Shown piece by piece: positions 53,352-64,000 of a DNA stretch of 64,000 nt. Under the pieces are notes generated by a model. That model was not told where the DNA came from and did no database searches. It saw only the letters and a list, made by a program, of their open reading frames with translations. The stretch's first letter is position 1. Every line of letters starts with the position of its first letter. The stretch comes from Atribacterota bacterium (GTDB lineage: Bacteria; Atribacterota; Phoenicimicrobiia; Phoenicimicrobiales; Stramentimicrobiaceae): NCBI GenBank assembly GCA_040767965.1, contig JAXGNR010000005.1, forward strand, positions 32,001 through 96,000, written 5' to 3'. The translations under genes and the position numbers were made by a program.

Positions 53352-54578
53352 ATGAAAAAACCAGAATTATTAGCACCAGCAGGCAATTTGGAAAACTTAA
53401 AAATGGCAATTATTTATGGTGCTGATGCGGTATATTTAGGTGGTTTAAACTATGGATTAAGATCCAGAGCAAAAAATTTCACTCTGGAGCAGCTGACAGA
53501 AGGTGTTAGTTTTGCCCATGAAAGAGGTAAGCGAATTTATGTAACAGTTAATATTATTGCACATAATGAAGATCTGAAGGGATTGCCTGAATATTTAAAA
53601 GTTTTGCAGGATTTGAATATCGATGCAATTATTGTTTCTGATCCGGGAATAATTGGGATTGCAAAAGAAACAATACCAGAGATGGAGATACATTTAAGTA
53701 CTCAGGCTAATACTACTAATTATGCAGCAACAAATTTTTGGTATGGACATGGAATCAGCAGAATAATCCTGGCCAGAGAATTATCTTTAGAGGAAATAAA
53801 AGAAATAGTGGAGAAATCACCACCGGAACTGAAATTAGAAACCTTTGTACATGGAGCTATGTGCATTTCATATTCAGGAAGATGCCTGTTGAGTAATTAT
53901 CTTATTAACAGAGATGCCAATAGAGGTGATTGCGCCCATTCCTGTCGCTGGAAATACTATCTGATGGAAGAAACAAGGCCTGGAGAGTATTTGCCTGTTT
54001 TTGAAAATGAAAAAGGAACTTATTTTTTTAACTCAAAAGATTTATGTATGCTGGAATATTTACCTTTACTAATAGAAACAGGAATTTCTGTTTTTAAAAT
54101 CGAGGGCAGGATGAAAGGTTCTTACTATGTTGCAGCAGTAACGAAAGCTTACCGCAAGCAGATTGATAAATATCTTGCAGATCCAGATAACTATATTTTT
54201 GATATGAAATATCTGGATGAAATCCATAAGGTCAGCAACAGAGAATATACCACCGGATTTTATTTTGGCAAACCTGAAGATACTGAACAGCGTTATCATA
54301 GTGCAGAGTATATTCAAAACTACGATTTTATTGGACTGGTCATTGATTATAATTCTGATAAACAGCTGGCAACAGTTGAACAGAAGAACAGAATGCTTGT
54401 CGGTGATCAGATTGAGATATTTGGACCGAATGATGATTATTTTGTTCAGAGGATAGACAGGATATGGAAAGAAGACGGGGAAGAAATAGAAGTTGCACCA
54501 CATTCTGGGCAGATTATTCAGATTAAAACTGCAAAACCAGTTCAGCCATGGTATATAATAAGGAAGGCTCGCAATTGA
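53352..54578 (+). CDS. U32 family protein (TrhP/YegQ-like tRNA hydroxylation)
   Basis: PELLAPAG, GADAVY, HGAMCISYSGRC, CAHSCR, KIEGRMK. Confidence 0.92.
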   Translation: MKKPELLAPAGNLENLKMAIIYGADAVYLGGLNYGLRSRAKNFTLEQLTEGVSFAHERGKRIYVTVNIIAHNEDLKGLPEYLKVLQDLNIDAIIVSDPGIIGIAKETIPEMEIHLSTQANTTNYAATNFWYGHGISRIILARELSLEEIKEIVEKSPPELKLETFVHGAMCISYSGRCLLSNYLINRDANRGDCAHSCRWKYYLMEETRPGEYLPVFENEKGTYFFNSKDLCMLEYLPLLIETGISVFKIEGRMKGSYYVAAVTKAYRKQIDKYLADPDNYIFDMKYLDEIHKVSNREYTTGFYFGKPEDTEQRYHSAEYIQNYDFIGLVIDYNSDKQLATVEQKNRMLVGDQIEIFGPNDDYFVQRIDRIWKEDGEEIEVAPHSGQIIQIKTAKPVQPWYIIRKARN

Positions 54579-54893
54579 TTGTGCTTTTACAAGATAATGT
54601 AAATACAAAATTTTTTGCAAAATAGCTTTAAAATGAAATAAAACCGACCTTGAGAGGTTTAATGCTATTTTAAACAGCTTTAAAAAGAAATAGAAATATA
54701 CAGTATAATGTATTATAATGAAAAATAAATATATAAGTAATATTTATGTTTAAGTTAAAAGTAAAATAATTTTTAATAGAAAAAATTAATATAGATATAA
54801 ATAAGACAAAGGAGGTGTTGCAGAAAAGAGAGTCTAGTTTGAATAATATTTTGATTATTTAAATAAACAATTATCTTAGGAGGTATTTATAAA

Positions 54894-55868
54894 ATGAGAA
54901 AACTTTCATTAATGGTTGTTCTTGTATTATTCTGCTGTTTTTTCCTTGGTATTTCAGTATTTGCTCAAAAAGTCTCTTTTTATGCTAATATAACTGCAAT
55001 TGAACCAATTATGGAGTCTTTTGAGAAAGATACTGGTATCAAAGGTGAATATACCAGAATATCCACAGATAAATTTTTAGCTACTGTGATGACTGAATTT
55101 GAAGCAGGGAAATTAATTGCAGATGTTATACAAGCCCCCATACCGGTTTTAGAAATATTAAAAGAAAGAGGAGTTCTTTCTGATTATATTTCCCCGGTTG
55201 CACAAGATTACCCGGAATGGACACGTAAAGATGGTATTCAACTTTTTGGGATTGAATATGTAGCTCTTATCTATAATAAGGAAATGGTCAGTCCGGAAGA
55301 AGCACCTAGAAGATATGAAGATCTTACAGATCCCAAATGGAAAGACCGGATAGTAATGGCTAATCCTTCTATTCATCCTACAACTATCTCCTGGCTGATA
55401 GGTCTGAAAGAGAATGTTTTTGCAACAGAAGAAGAGTGGATGGAATTTCTGAAAGGTCTGGCAGCAAATAATCCTATGTTTGTTGCCTCTTTTGGTCCTA
55501 CTCCGGCACCAATTGAAAGTGGTGAAAAACATATAGGAATTTCCATGCCTAAATATATTATAACAAAAGCCCCGGCACCTTTGGATTGGGCTAGATTAGA
55601 GCAGCCTATAATGGGAACTCCCCGGGCAATTGCTGTAACTTCCTCAGCACCGAATCCAGAAGAGGCAAAGGCTTTTGTTGATTACTGGTTATCAGAAAAA
55701 GCTATGTCTACTCTGGCAAACGAAGTAGGTGAATATGTGTTAGCTCCTGGAATATATCCCCCGATTGAAGGTATGGATAAAGCAGAGGTAATTGCTATAC
55801 GGGAACTTTCAGATGAAGAAATACAAAAATGGGGAGAAGAATTTAAAGATATTTTTAATGTATACTAG
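54894..55868 (+). CDS. ABC transporter substrate-binding protein (Fe3+/thiamine/2-AEP cluster)
   Basis: Signal peptide; YNKE.V, DLTDPKWK.RI.MANP, APNPEEAKAFVDY. Confidence 0.85.
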   Translation: MRKLSLMVVLVLFCCFFLGISVFAQKVSFYANITAIEPIMESFEKDTGIKGEYTRISTDKFLATVMTEFEAGKLIADVIQAPIPVLEILKERGVLSDYISPVAQDYPEWTRKDGIQLFGIEYVALIYNKEMVSPEEAPRRYEDLTDPKWKDRIVMANPSIHPTTISWLIGLKENVFATEEEWMEFLKGLAANNPMFVASFGPTPAPIESGEKHIGISMPKYIITKAPAPLDWARLEQPIMGTPRAIAVTSSAPNPEEAKAFVDYWLSEKAMSTLANEVGEYVLAPGIYPPIEGMDKAEVIAIRELSDEEIQKWGEEFKDIFNVY

Positions 55869-55903
55869 ATAGTTATCATGAAAAGCAGGTAAGGAGGATA
55901 ACT

Positions 55904-56995
55904 GTGGAAATCCGAATAAAAGATGTCAGCAAACACTACCTCTCTGAAGGAAAAACTATTAAAGCGCTTGATAAAGTTAATCTGACAATACCGGGTGAGC
56001 AGATATTTACTTTGCTGGGACCAAGCGGTTGCGGAAAAACCACCTTGCTTCGTTGTATCGTAGGGCTGGAGACACCGGATACTGGTGAAATAATAATTGG
56101 AGATGATGTTGTTTTTTCTTCCAAGAATAAGATTAATATTCCGGTGGAAAAAAGGGGTTTGGCTATGGTTTTTCAGACATACGCAATCTGGCCGCATATG
56201 GACGTTTTTAATAATGTTGCTTATCCCCTCCAGATCCAGAAATTACCAAAAGAAACAATTCGCAAGAGAGTTAAAAAAACTTTGCAATTTGTAAAACTAG
56301 AAGGCTTTGAAAATAGGCCGGCAACCAATATATCAGGTGGCCAGCAGCAGAGAGTAGCCCTTGCCCGTGCTCTAATTGCGGAACCTAAAGTTATCCTATT
56401 TGATGAACCATTAAGTAATCTTGATGCAAAACTAAGAGAAGAAACCAGGAAAGAATTAAGAGTTTTCCTGAGCGGGTTAAACATTACAGCAGTATATGTA
56501 ACTCATGATCAAATTGAGGCTCTTGCACTGTCAGATATTATTGCTGTAATGAATTCTGGAAAAATTGTAGAGATTGGCTCTCCAAGAAAAATATACTTCG
56601 ATGCGTCCCACCGTTTTGTTGCAGATTTTATTGGTAGAGCCAATCTAATTAAAGCAACAGTCAAAAGTCAACAGGGAAATACAACTATCGTAGATACGGA
56701 TATGGGTATTTTCAAGTGCCAGAAAAGAGATTTTCCATTAGGAACTCAGGTAACATTATGTATCCGCCCGGAATTTATATTTTTAAATGGCGATAAAGAT
56801 AGTAATAGCGATAATAAAAATATATTAAGTGGACAGATAGATAATCTTGTTTTTATCGGTGAAGCATATGAAGGAGAAGTTAAAATTGGGGAAGAGCTTT
56901 TAATGGTAAAAATACAACCCGAGACAATGTTAAAAAAAGGCGATACTGCAAAATTTTATATTAATCCAGAACACTGTCTTTTAGTTTCAGTTTAA
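55904..56995 (+). CDS. ABC transporter ATP-binding protein (FbpC/PotA-like, TOBE domain)
   Basis: GPSGCGKT, SGGQQQR, FDEP, YVTHDQ; GTG start. Confidence 0.92.
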   Translation: MEIRIKDVSKHYLSEGKTIKALDKVNLTIPGEQIFTLLGPSGCGKTTLLRCIVGLETPDTGEIIIGDDVVFSSKNKINIPVEKRGLAMVFQTYAIWPHMDVFNNVAYPLQIQKLPKETIRKRVKKTLQFVKLEGFENRPATNISGGQQQRVALARALIAEPKVILFDEPLSNLDAKLREETRKELRVFLSGLNITAVYVTHDQIEALALSDIIAVMNSGKIVEIGSPRKIYFDASHRFVADFIGRANLIKATVKSQQGNTTIVDTDMGIFKCQKRDFPLGTQVTLCIRPEFIFLNGDKDSNSDNKNILSGQIDNLVFIGEAYEGEVKIGEELLMVKIQPETMLKKGDTAKFYINPEHCLLVSV

Positions 56996-57006
56996 GGGAG
57001 AAGAAG

Positions 57007-58677
57007 ATGAAAAAAACTTCCCGCTTAACAATTGCTCTGATAATTATAGTAGGGTTTTTAACAGTATGTCCTGTGGTTATGCTTATTTTTGGCAGCTTTT
57101 CAGAGGGTTTAAGCGCTTTTGGGACTTTTACTCTAGAAAAATATATTTCGGCATATACTGACTCTTCTTTTGGAAAAATAATTATCAATACAATTGTTTT
57201 TGTTATTGGTGCTTCTTCTGTAGCCACATTGCTTGCATTGTTTTTGGCATACCTAAACAACAGAACAGATATACCTTTTAAATTTGTATTCAAAGTTATT
57301 TCTATCACACCCATGATGATACCGCATATTTTATTTTCTGTAAGCTGGGTCTTATTATTAAACCCTACTAATGGAATTTTAAATTTAATTTTAAAAGAAA
57401 TTTTTGCTTTAGAAGGCTCTCCTTTTAATATTTATTCTATCTGGGGGATGATCCTGGTAGAAGGATTGTTAGACATGCCTATTGCTTATCTGATCATTGC
57501 TCCGGCCATGGCTTCTTTTGATGTTAATCTGGAGGAGTCTTCCCGGGTTTTTGGTGCTAACACCAGCCAAACTTTATTTAAAGTGACTTTACCAGTCCTG
57601 AGACCAGCTATTCTGGCATCTTTTATTCTTTGTGCAGTACGTTGTATGGCTTCTTTTGCAGTCCCTTCAGTAATTGGTATGCCCGGAAGGATCTATGTTT
57701 TGGCTACCCATATTTATCGTACTGTTTCAATTGGTTTTGCTGTAGATTATGGCAAAGCAGCAGCTATCGGAATGAGTGTTCTGGTGACATCAGTAACACT
57801 TATTTATATCTATCGGTATCTGACTTCAGAAAGTGAAAAATATGTTACCATTTCAAGTCGTGGTTACCGGCCAGCTGTAATAGAATTGAAAAAAGCAAAA
57901 ATACCTTTATTTGTTATATTGGGATTTATAATGTTTATTTTAATTGTACTTCCGGTGCTGGTACTGATTTATACTTCATTGGTTCCTTATTCAATGGTAC
58001 CTAGTGCCAGAGCTATTTCAATGATGAGCCTGCGCCATTGGATTGCTGTAGTAAAAGACCCCATATCATTATTATCACTAAGAAATAGTTTATTCTTAGG
58101 TGTATTTGGTGCAACAATAGGAGTTATTCTCTCCATATTTGTTGCCTATACTATTGTTAAAGTAAAAACTAAAGCATCAGGATTTTTGGAATCTTTAAGC
58201 TTTTTATCATTTTCATTTCCAGGGATTGTAATTGGAATAGGATTTATGTGGTTTTTTGTCCGTACTCCTATCTATGCAACTATCTGGGCTTTATTCATAG
58301 GCTATATCGCCACTTACCTGCCTTATGGAATTCGCCCTTTGAGTAGTGCTTTTGTACAGATTCATAAGCATCTGGAAGAATCTTCTCTGGTATGTGGAGC
58401 AAATCAGCTTACAACTATGTGGAGGATTATAATACCTCTATTAATTCCAGGCATTGTTTCAGGATGGATTTTAATGGCAACTATGTTTTTAAGAGAACTT
58501 ACTCTATCTGTAGTGCTTTCCAGGCCAGGAACCGAAGTATTAGCGGTTCAAATTCTACGTTTTGCCAATGACGGACTTTGGGGAAGACTTTCAGCCCTTG
58601 GTATAATTATGATAGTAATTTCCACTAGCCTTGTTGCTTTGGTTAATTTTATTGGAGCCCGATTTACAAGCAAATAA
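57007..58677 (+). CDS. ABC transporter permease (FbpB-like, two fused TM domains)
   Basis: Two EAA-like loops (LEESSRVFGA, LEESSLVCGA). Confidence 0.9.
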   Translation: MKKTSRLTIALIIIVGFLTVCPVVMLIFGSFSEGLSAFGTFTLEKYISAYTDSSFGKIIINTIVFVIGASSVATLLALFLAYLNNRTDIPFKFVFKVISITPMMIPHILFSVSWVLLLNPTNGILNLILKEIFALEGSPFNIYSIWGMILVEGLLDMPIAYLIIAPAMASFDVNLEESSRVFGANTSQTLFKVTLPVLRPAILASFILCAVRCMASFAVPSVIGMPGRIYVLATHIYRTVSIGFAVDYGKAAAIGMSVLVTSVTLIYIYRYLTSESEKYVTISSRGYRPAVIELKKAKIPLFVILGFIMFILIVLPVLVLIYTSLVPYSMVPSARAISMMSLRHWIAVVKDPISLLSLRNSLFLGVFGATIGVILSIFVAYTIVKVKTKASGFLESLSFLSFSFPGIVIGIGFMWFFVRTPIYATIWALFIGYIATYLPYGIRPLSSAFVQIHKHLEESSLVCGANQLTTMWRIIIPLLIPGIVSGWILMATMFLRELTLSVVLSRPGTEVLAVQILRFANDGLWGRLSALGIIMIVISTSLVALVNFIGARFTSK

Positions 58678-58872
58678 AATTTCCCCTAAGAAAGTTTTCT
58701 TTATTTACTGCAGTCGTTTTATTCTTTCAATATTCCCTTACTGCTTTACAAAAAAATAAAAAAAGTGTATGTTATGATAGTTTTGTAATTTTTGTTTATA
58801 AATAAAATATTAAAAAATATTTTAAGCAGGCAATTCTGAAAATAGACAGATATTCTAAGCGAAGAGGCAATA

Positions 58873-60636
58873 TTGATTAAATTATTGAAGAATTTAAAGC
58901 CCTACTGGATATCAGTACTGGGAATAGTATTTTTTGTTTTTTTACAGGCTATTACCGAACTGTATCTGCCAACTTTAATGGCTGATATAGTAGATATCGG
59001 TATTGTTAATGAAGATATTGACTATATCAAAAGAATAGGCGCCTTGATGATTCTTATTGCTTTTATTGCCATGACCGGCTCTATTATCGGAAGTTATTTG
59101 TCAGCAAAAGTATCAGTAGGATTTGCAAAAGACCTGCGCTTAGAAGTGTTTACCAAAGTGGAAAACTTTTCTCTGGAAGAATTCAATGATAAGGGAACTG
59201 CCTCTTTAATTGTAAGAACTACTAATGATATTACCCAGATTCAACGTTTGACGGTTATGCTGCTGAGAATGTTTTTAAGAGCACCGTTGCTTTTTGCAGG
59301 CGGTATTATAATGACAATTACCAAGAATTCCCAGCTTGCATTGCTGTTAATTGCCATTCTTCCAGCATTAACTATTATCATTATTATTGTTGCCAGAAAA
59401 AGCACCATCCTTTTTACTTCTATGCAGCAGAAGGTTGATAAACTAAATCTGGTTTTTAGAGAGTATTTAACAGGTATTCGAGTAATAAGAGCATTTAATC
59501 GTGAAAATTATGAAAAAAGCAGATTTGATAAAAGCAATTATGAATTAACAGAAACTACCAAAAAAGTCAATATAATAATGTCTGCCTTGATGCCCTTAAT
59601 GATGTTAATTCTTAATTTGACTATTGTTACCATTCTGTGGCAGGGTAGCATTAAAATTGACACTGGCAGTATGCAGGTAGGGGATTTGATGGCGTTTATT
59701 CAGTATGCTACTCAGATCATGTTTTCATTGATTATGGTTTCTATGATATTTATGATGATTCCCAGAGCTTCTGTATCAGCTGGACGTATTAACGAAGTAC
59801 TGGATATTGAGCCAGAGATAAAAGATCCGAAATTACCGGACAATAAGGAAACTATAATTAAAAAAGATTTTGATAGTAGAAATATAAGTAATTTTCAAGA
59901 CAAAAAGGCAAAAGGATATATAGAATTCCGGGATGTTTATTTTTGTTATCAATATTCTGAAGAATTTACTATTGAGAATATTTCTTTTGTTGCAAAACCT
60001 GGAGAAACAACTGCTATTATAGGAAGCACCGGTTCAGGAAAAACAACTCTTATTAATCTGATACCCAGATTTTTCGATGTTACAAAAGGAAATATCATGA
60101 TTGATGGCACTGATATTAGAGAAATGACTCAATTTGAATTAAGGGATAAAATTGGATTGGTTCCACAGAACGCAGTTTTGTTCACCGGAACAGTAACGGA
60201 AAATATCAGATTCGGAAATGACAATCTATCTCAAACTGAAATTATCAAAGCAGCTGAGACCGCTCAGGCAGCTGAGTTTATCAATAGTATGCCTGAAGGG
60301 TATCAATCAATAATAGCACAGGGAGGAACTAATTTATCAGGAGGTCAGAAACAACGCTTAGCGATTGCCAGAGCTTTGGCTAAAAACCCTGATATTTATA
60401 TATTTGATGACAGTTTTTCTGCCCTTGATTTCAAAACTGAAGCTAAATTAAAGAGCAAGCTGTTTGGTGAAACAAGGAATAAGACAGTGCTAATTATTGC
60501 GCAAAGAGTTACCACTGTAATGAATGCAGATCAGATAATTGTTTTGGATAATGGGCAAATTTCAGGGATAGGAAAACATCAGGATTTAATCAAAACATGT
60601 GCAGTATATAAGGAGATTGTCTCTTCTCAGTTGTAA
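58873..60636 (+). CDS. Heterodimeric ABC exporter subunit A (TM287-like)
   Basis: TMD plus NBD; GSTGSGKT, LSGGQKQR, degenerate DDSFSALD and AQR; TTG start. Confidence 0.92.
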   Translation: MIKLLKNLKPYWISVLGIVFFVFLQAITELYLPTLMADIVDIGIVNEDIDYIKRIGALMILIAFIAMTGSIIGSYLSAKVSVGFAKDLRLEVFTKVENFSLEEFNDKGTASLIVRTTNDITQIQRLTVMLLRMFLRAPLLFAGGIIMTITKNSQLALLLIAILPALTIIIIIVARKSTILFTSMQQKVDKLNLVFREYLTGIRVIRAFNRENYEKSRFDKSNYELTETTKKVNIIMSALMPLMMLILNLTIVTILWQGSIKIDTGSMQVGDLMAFIQYATQIMFSLIMVSMIFMMIPRASVSAGRINEVLDIEPEIKDPKLPDNKETIIKKDFDSRNISNFQDKKAKGYIEFRDVYFCYQYSEEFTIENISFVAKPGETTAIIGSTGSGKTTLINLIPRFFDVTKGNIMIDGTDIREMTQFELRDKIGLVPQNAVLFTGTVTENIRFGNDNLSQTEIIKAAETAQAAEFINSMPEGYQSIIAQGGTNLSGGQKQRLAIARALAKNPDIYIFDDSFSALDFKTEAKLKSKLFGETRNKTVLIIAQRVTTVMNADQIIVLDNGQISGIGKHQDLIKTCAVYKEIVSSQL

Positions 60637-60651
60637 GAAGAGGAATAAAAA

Positions 60652-62529
60652 ATGAGTGAAAAACCGAAAAAATCTGGAATTCCCATAAGAGGATTTGGCC
60701 GTGGTCCTGGAGGGCATGCAGGTTTAACCATGCCTGTAGAAAAAGCAAAAGATTTTAGAAGGACTTTACTGCGATTAATTGATTATTTAAAACCTCACAA
60801 ACTAAAAATAGTTATTACTTTTCTGCTAGCTATAGGAAGTTCGTTATTTCTTATCATAAGCCCCAAGGTAATGGGCAGGGCTACTACTAAATTATTTGAA
60901 GGATATCTGCTTAAATTACAAAATGTTCCAGGTGCAGCAATTGATTTTCAATATATATTTAATATTATTTTTATTTTAATAATTTTATATATTTTCAATG
61001 TGGTTTTTACTTATTTGCAACATTATTTCATGGTAGGAGTAACCCAAAAGACTGTTTATGAAATGAGAAAGAATATTAATAATAAGCTGTCTAATCTTCC
61101 ATTAAAATATTTTGATAGCAGGACGCATGGAGAAATACTTAGCAGGGTTACCAACGATATAGATACAATTAGCAATACACTTCAGCAAAGTATAACTCAA
61201 TTAATAACCTCTATGGTTTCTCTGGTGGGTATTTTTATTATGATGCTAACCATTAGTCCGATGCTAACACTGATTATGCTTTTTGTTTTACCCGCGAGTT
61301 TTTTAGTGACCAGAGTTATTGCCAGAAGATCACAAAAATATTTTTCCAGGCAGCAAAAAATATTAGGACAATTAAACGGCCATGTAGAAGAAATGTATAC
61401 CGGGCATAAGATTGTAAAAGCTTTTAATTATGAAAAACAGTCTATCGGGCAATTTGGTGAGTTAAATAATAAATTATATGAAACTGGATGGAAAGCTGAA
61501 TTTGTATCTGGATTGATTATGCCATTGATGATAGCTATAAGTAATTTGAGTTATGTCTTTATAGTCATTTTAGGCAGCACAGCAGTTGCCAATGGTTCTA
61601 TGACTATCGGCAATGTTCAGGCTTTTATTCAATATTCCAGACAATTCACTCATCCTATTGTTCAAACGGCTAATATTGCCAATATTATTCAATCAACTGT
61701 TGCTGCTGCTGAACGGGTTTTTGAAGTTCTTGATGAAAAAGAGCAATTACCTGAAAAAGAAAATCCGGTTAAACTAGAAAATCCACAAGGCAATATTCAA
61801 TTTGATCATGTTAGATTTGGGTATGATAAAGACAATATTATTATTCAGGATATGAATTTCAAAGTTCAGAAAGGTCAGATAATTGCGATTGTGGGACCAA
61901 CTGGAGCCGGGAAAACTACTTTAGTAAATTTATTAATGCGCTTTTATGAAATAGATGAAGGATTAATAGCAATCGACAGAAAAGATATCCGTGACCTGAA
62001 AAGAAATGAATTAAGGGATATATTTGGTATGGTCCTGCAGGATACCTGGCTATTTAAAGGGAGCATCAAAGATAACATTGCATATGGCCGGGAAAATGCT
62101 ACAGATGATGAAATTGCTAAAGCTGCTACAATGGCTTATGCCGATCATTTTATTAAAACACTCCCACAAGGATACGATACAGTTATCGATGAAGAAGCCA
62201 GTAACTTATCTCAGGGGCAAAAACAACTATTGACTATTGCCAGAGCTATTTTATCCAGTCCTTCTGTTTTGATTCTGGATGAAGCTACCAGCAGCGTAGA
62301 TACCAGAACAGAGGTCCTTATTCAGAAGGCCATGCTTTCTTTAATGGAAGGAAAAACCAGTTTTGTTATTGCCCATCGTTTATCTACTATTCAAGGCGCT
62401 GACCTGATTCTGGTGATGGACAAAGGAGATATTGTGGAAAAAGGAACTCATCATGAATTGTTGCAAAATAAAGGTTTTTATGCTGATTTATATAATAGCC
62501 AATTCGCAGTATTTGGTAATGGCAAATAA
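60652..62529 (+). CDS. Heterodimeric ABC exporter subunit B (TM288-like)
   Basis: TMD plus NBD; GPTGAGKT, LSQGQKQL, DEATSSVD, AHRL. Confidence 0.92.
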   Translation: MSEKPKKSGIPIRGFGRGPGGHAGLTMPVEKAKDFRRTLLRLIDYLKPHKLKIVITFLLAIGSSLFLIISPKVMGRATTKLFEGYLLKLQNVPGAAIDFQYIFNIIFILIILYIFNVVFTYLQHYFMVGVTQKTVYEMRKNINNKLSNLPLKYFDSRTHGEILSRVTNDIDTISNTLQQSITQLITSMVSLVGIFIMMLTISPMLTLIMLFVLPASFLVTRVIARRSQKYFSRQQKILGQLNGHVEEMYTGHKIVKAFNYEKQSIGQFGELNNKLYETGWKAEFVSGLIMPLMIAISNLSYVFIVILGSTAVANGSMTIGNVQAFIQYSRQFTHPIVQTANIANIIQSTVAAAERVFEVLDEKEQLPEKENPVKLENPQGNIQFDHVRFGYDKDNIIIQDMNFKVQKGQIIAIVGPTGAGKTTLVNLLMRFYEIDEGLIAIDRKDIRDLKRNELRDIFGMVLQDTWLFKGSIKDNIAYGRENATDDEIAKAATMAYADHFIKTLPQGYDTVIDEEASNLSQGQKQLLTIARAILSSPSVLILDEATSSVDTRTEVLIQKAMLSLMEGKTSFVIAHRLSTIQGADLILVMDKGDIVEKGTHHELLQNKGFYADLYNSQFAVFGNGK

Positions 62530-62552
62530 TCCTGTCTATTTCTATTGTTTGA

Positions 62553-63668
62553 TTAATAATTTTTTTTCACAGATTTTAAACCAGATCCGGTTAAAATTGT
62601 TACTGTTAATTCAGAATGATTAATTAAATTTGATTCAATCATTTTTAGTAAACCGGCAACAGCAACAGCACTGGTTAGTTCAATAAAAATACCTTTTTTG
62701 GCGATTTCCCGGTGGCTATTTATAATTTCATTCTCACTTACTGCCAGAAATTTCCCATTGGTTTCCCTAACAGCTTCCAGAACTTTACTGCCTCGAACAG
62801 GAAATGCAGAACTTATTCCTTCTGCAACTGTTTCTTTTTTTTGGATTATTGCCGGTTTTTTAAATTTTTTTTGAAATGCCTCAAAAAGAGGTGCGCAGTT
62901 TGCTGATTGAATTGCAAAAATATGAGGAATTTTTTCTATTTCTCCCGCTGCCTGTAATTCCCTGAACCCCTGGTAGCAGCCAAGGACCAGACTGCCTTGT
63001 CCTGCAGGGACTATTATATTATCAGGAGCTTTCCAGTTTAACTGTTCCCAGATTTCGAAGGCGATTGTTTTAATTCCTTCCAGGAAAAATGGATTCCAAT
63101 TATGGCTAGCATAAAAAGAGTTATTAGCAGCTTCAATGGTTGCATGAGAGGTTTCTTCTCTGGTTCCTGCAACTTTAATAGCTTTTGCTCCATACATTTC
63201 TATTTGGAGTAATTTTCCAATAGAAGTATAGGCAGGAACATATATATTGCATTTTATGCTGGCATAGGCACAATAAGCGCTAAGAGAAGCACCTGCATTA
63301 CCAGATGAATCTTCAATAACTTCTTTTATATTATTTTCTTTTAATTTGCTTACCAAAAGAGATGTGCCTCGATCTTTGAAAGAAAGTGTAGGTGCAATAA
63401 AGTCTAGCTTAAATAAAACATTAAAGTTATCTGCAAACAAAACTGGAATCAAAGGAGACATACCCTCTCCCAGAGTAATTATATTTTCTTTTCTAATAGA
63501 AGGAATTGCTTCCAGATACCTCCAGATATTATTATCACGTCTGCTGATAATTTTTTTCGGAAAATACGGTCTATTATTGGAAATATATTCAAATGGGCTA
63601 CCACAAGAGCATCTCCAGAGGATTGCATCTTCTGGATAAAACTTCTTGCATTGAGGGCAATAAAACAT
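62553..63668 (-). CDS. Threonine synthase-like PLP enzyme (fold type II)
   Basis: ATG 63668 after AGAGGT; N-terminal CxxC...CxCG, TLGEG, SFKDRG, SSGNAG, PAGQG, LTGSGLK. Confidence 0.88.
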   Translation of the reverse strand: MFYCPQCKKFYPEDAILWRCSCGSPFEYISNNRPYFPKKIISRRDNNIWRYLEAIPSIRKENIITLGEGMSPLIPVLFADNFNVLFKLDFIAPTLSFKDRGTSLLVSKLKENNIKEVIEDSSGNAGASLSAYCAYASIKCNIYVPAYTSIGKLLQIEMYGAKAIKVAGTREETSHATIEAANNSFYASHNWNPFFLEGIKTIAFEIWEQLNWKAPDNIIVPAGQGSLVLGCYQGFRELQAAGEIEKIPHIFAIQSANCAPLFEAFQKKFKKPAIIQKKETVAEGISSAFPVRGSKVLEAVRETNGKFLAVSENEIINSHREIAKKGIFIELTSAVAVAGLLKMIESNLINHSELTVTILTGSGLKSVKKNY

Positions 63669-64000
63669 TCTATACCTCTTATAGGTCAAAGTATAAATAT
63701 TGAAAGAAAATATGAATTTCAATATTTATTATATAAATATTATATCATCTTATAAAATTACCGTCAGTAAAGTATTCAAAGGAAGATTTAAAAATATATT
63801 TTAGAAATAATTATGAAAGTTTTTCTGGAAACAGGAATAAAAATAATCAGTGTGTTATACTAAGTAAAATTCAATTTAAAAAAATCCCAAAATTAACCAG
63901 ATTATAAAACCAAATATAATCAAAAAATATTTATTCATCAGTAAATCGTAGAAAAGATAAAATATATAAAAATGAATATATTCAACTCAAAAAATATTAT

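Noticed and set aside
54069-54620. 183-aa minus-strand ORF, and the many other 60-160 aa antisense or nested ORFs in the track
   Set aside because: They lie within well-supported genes and show no motifs; expected shadow ORFs
63669-63722. N-terminal extension of the threonine-synthase-like ORF
   Set aside because: RBS and zinc-ribbon start support ATG 63668

Overview
AT-rich (roughly one-third GC by eye), gene-dense bacterial chromosomal window. Almost all genes are on the + strand, with Firmicutes-like Shine-Dalgarno sites and sigma70 promoters. Gene content looks like an anaerobic heterotroph; the style is reminiscent of Atribacterota, but that is pattern recognition only. It holds about 50 protein genes, tRNA-Ala(CGC), two decayed IS elements with readable TIRs and target-site duplications (IS256 at 7563-8951, ISLre2 at 38139-39498), and a GEMM-I (c-di-GMP-I type) riboswitch. 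No CRISPR array, prophage or rRNA was seen. Most notable: (1) a small Ig-domain lipoprotein ending in a 74-aa tail with 22 Cys and no basic residue, downstream of a riboswitch-preceded adhesin-like lipoprotein; (2) a complete hyuP-hyuA-hyuH-hyuC hydantoin operon closely resembling the actinobacterial Mhp1/L-hydantoinase system; (3) a secreted superoxide-reductase/SoxZ-like protein with a predicted N-terminal His; (4) a putative isoprenoid/lipid-modifying cluster (Rieske, tocopherol-cyclase-like, SnoaL, SDR, phytoene-desaturase-like); (5) a USP gene apparently starting at ATT; (6) orphan perfect SD motifs in the leaders of exported-protein genes; (7) a local cluster of homopolymer frameshifts at 5.7-9.7 kb, which may be an assembly artefact.
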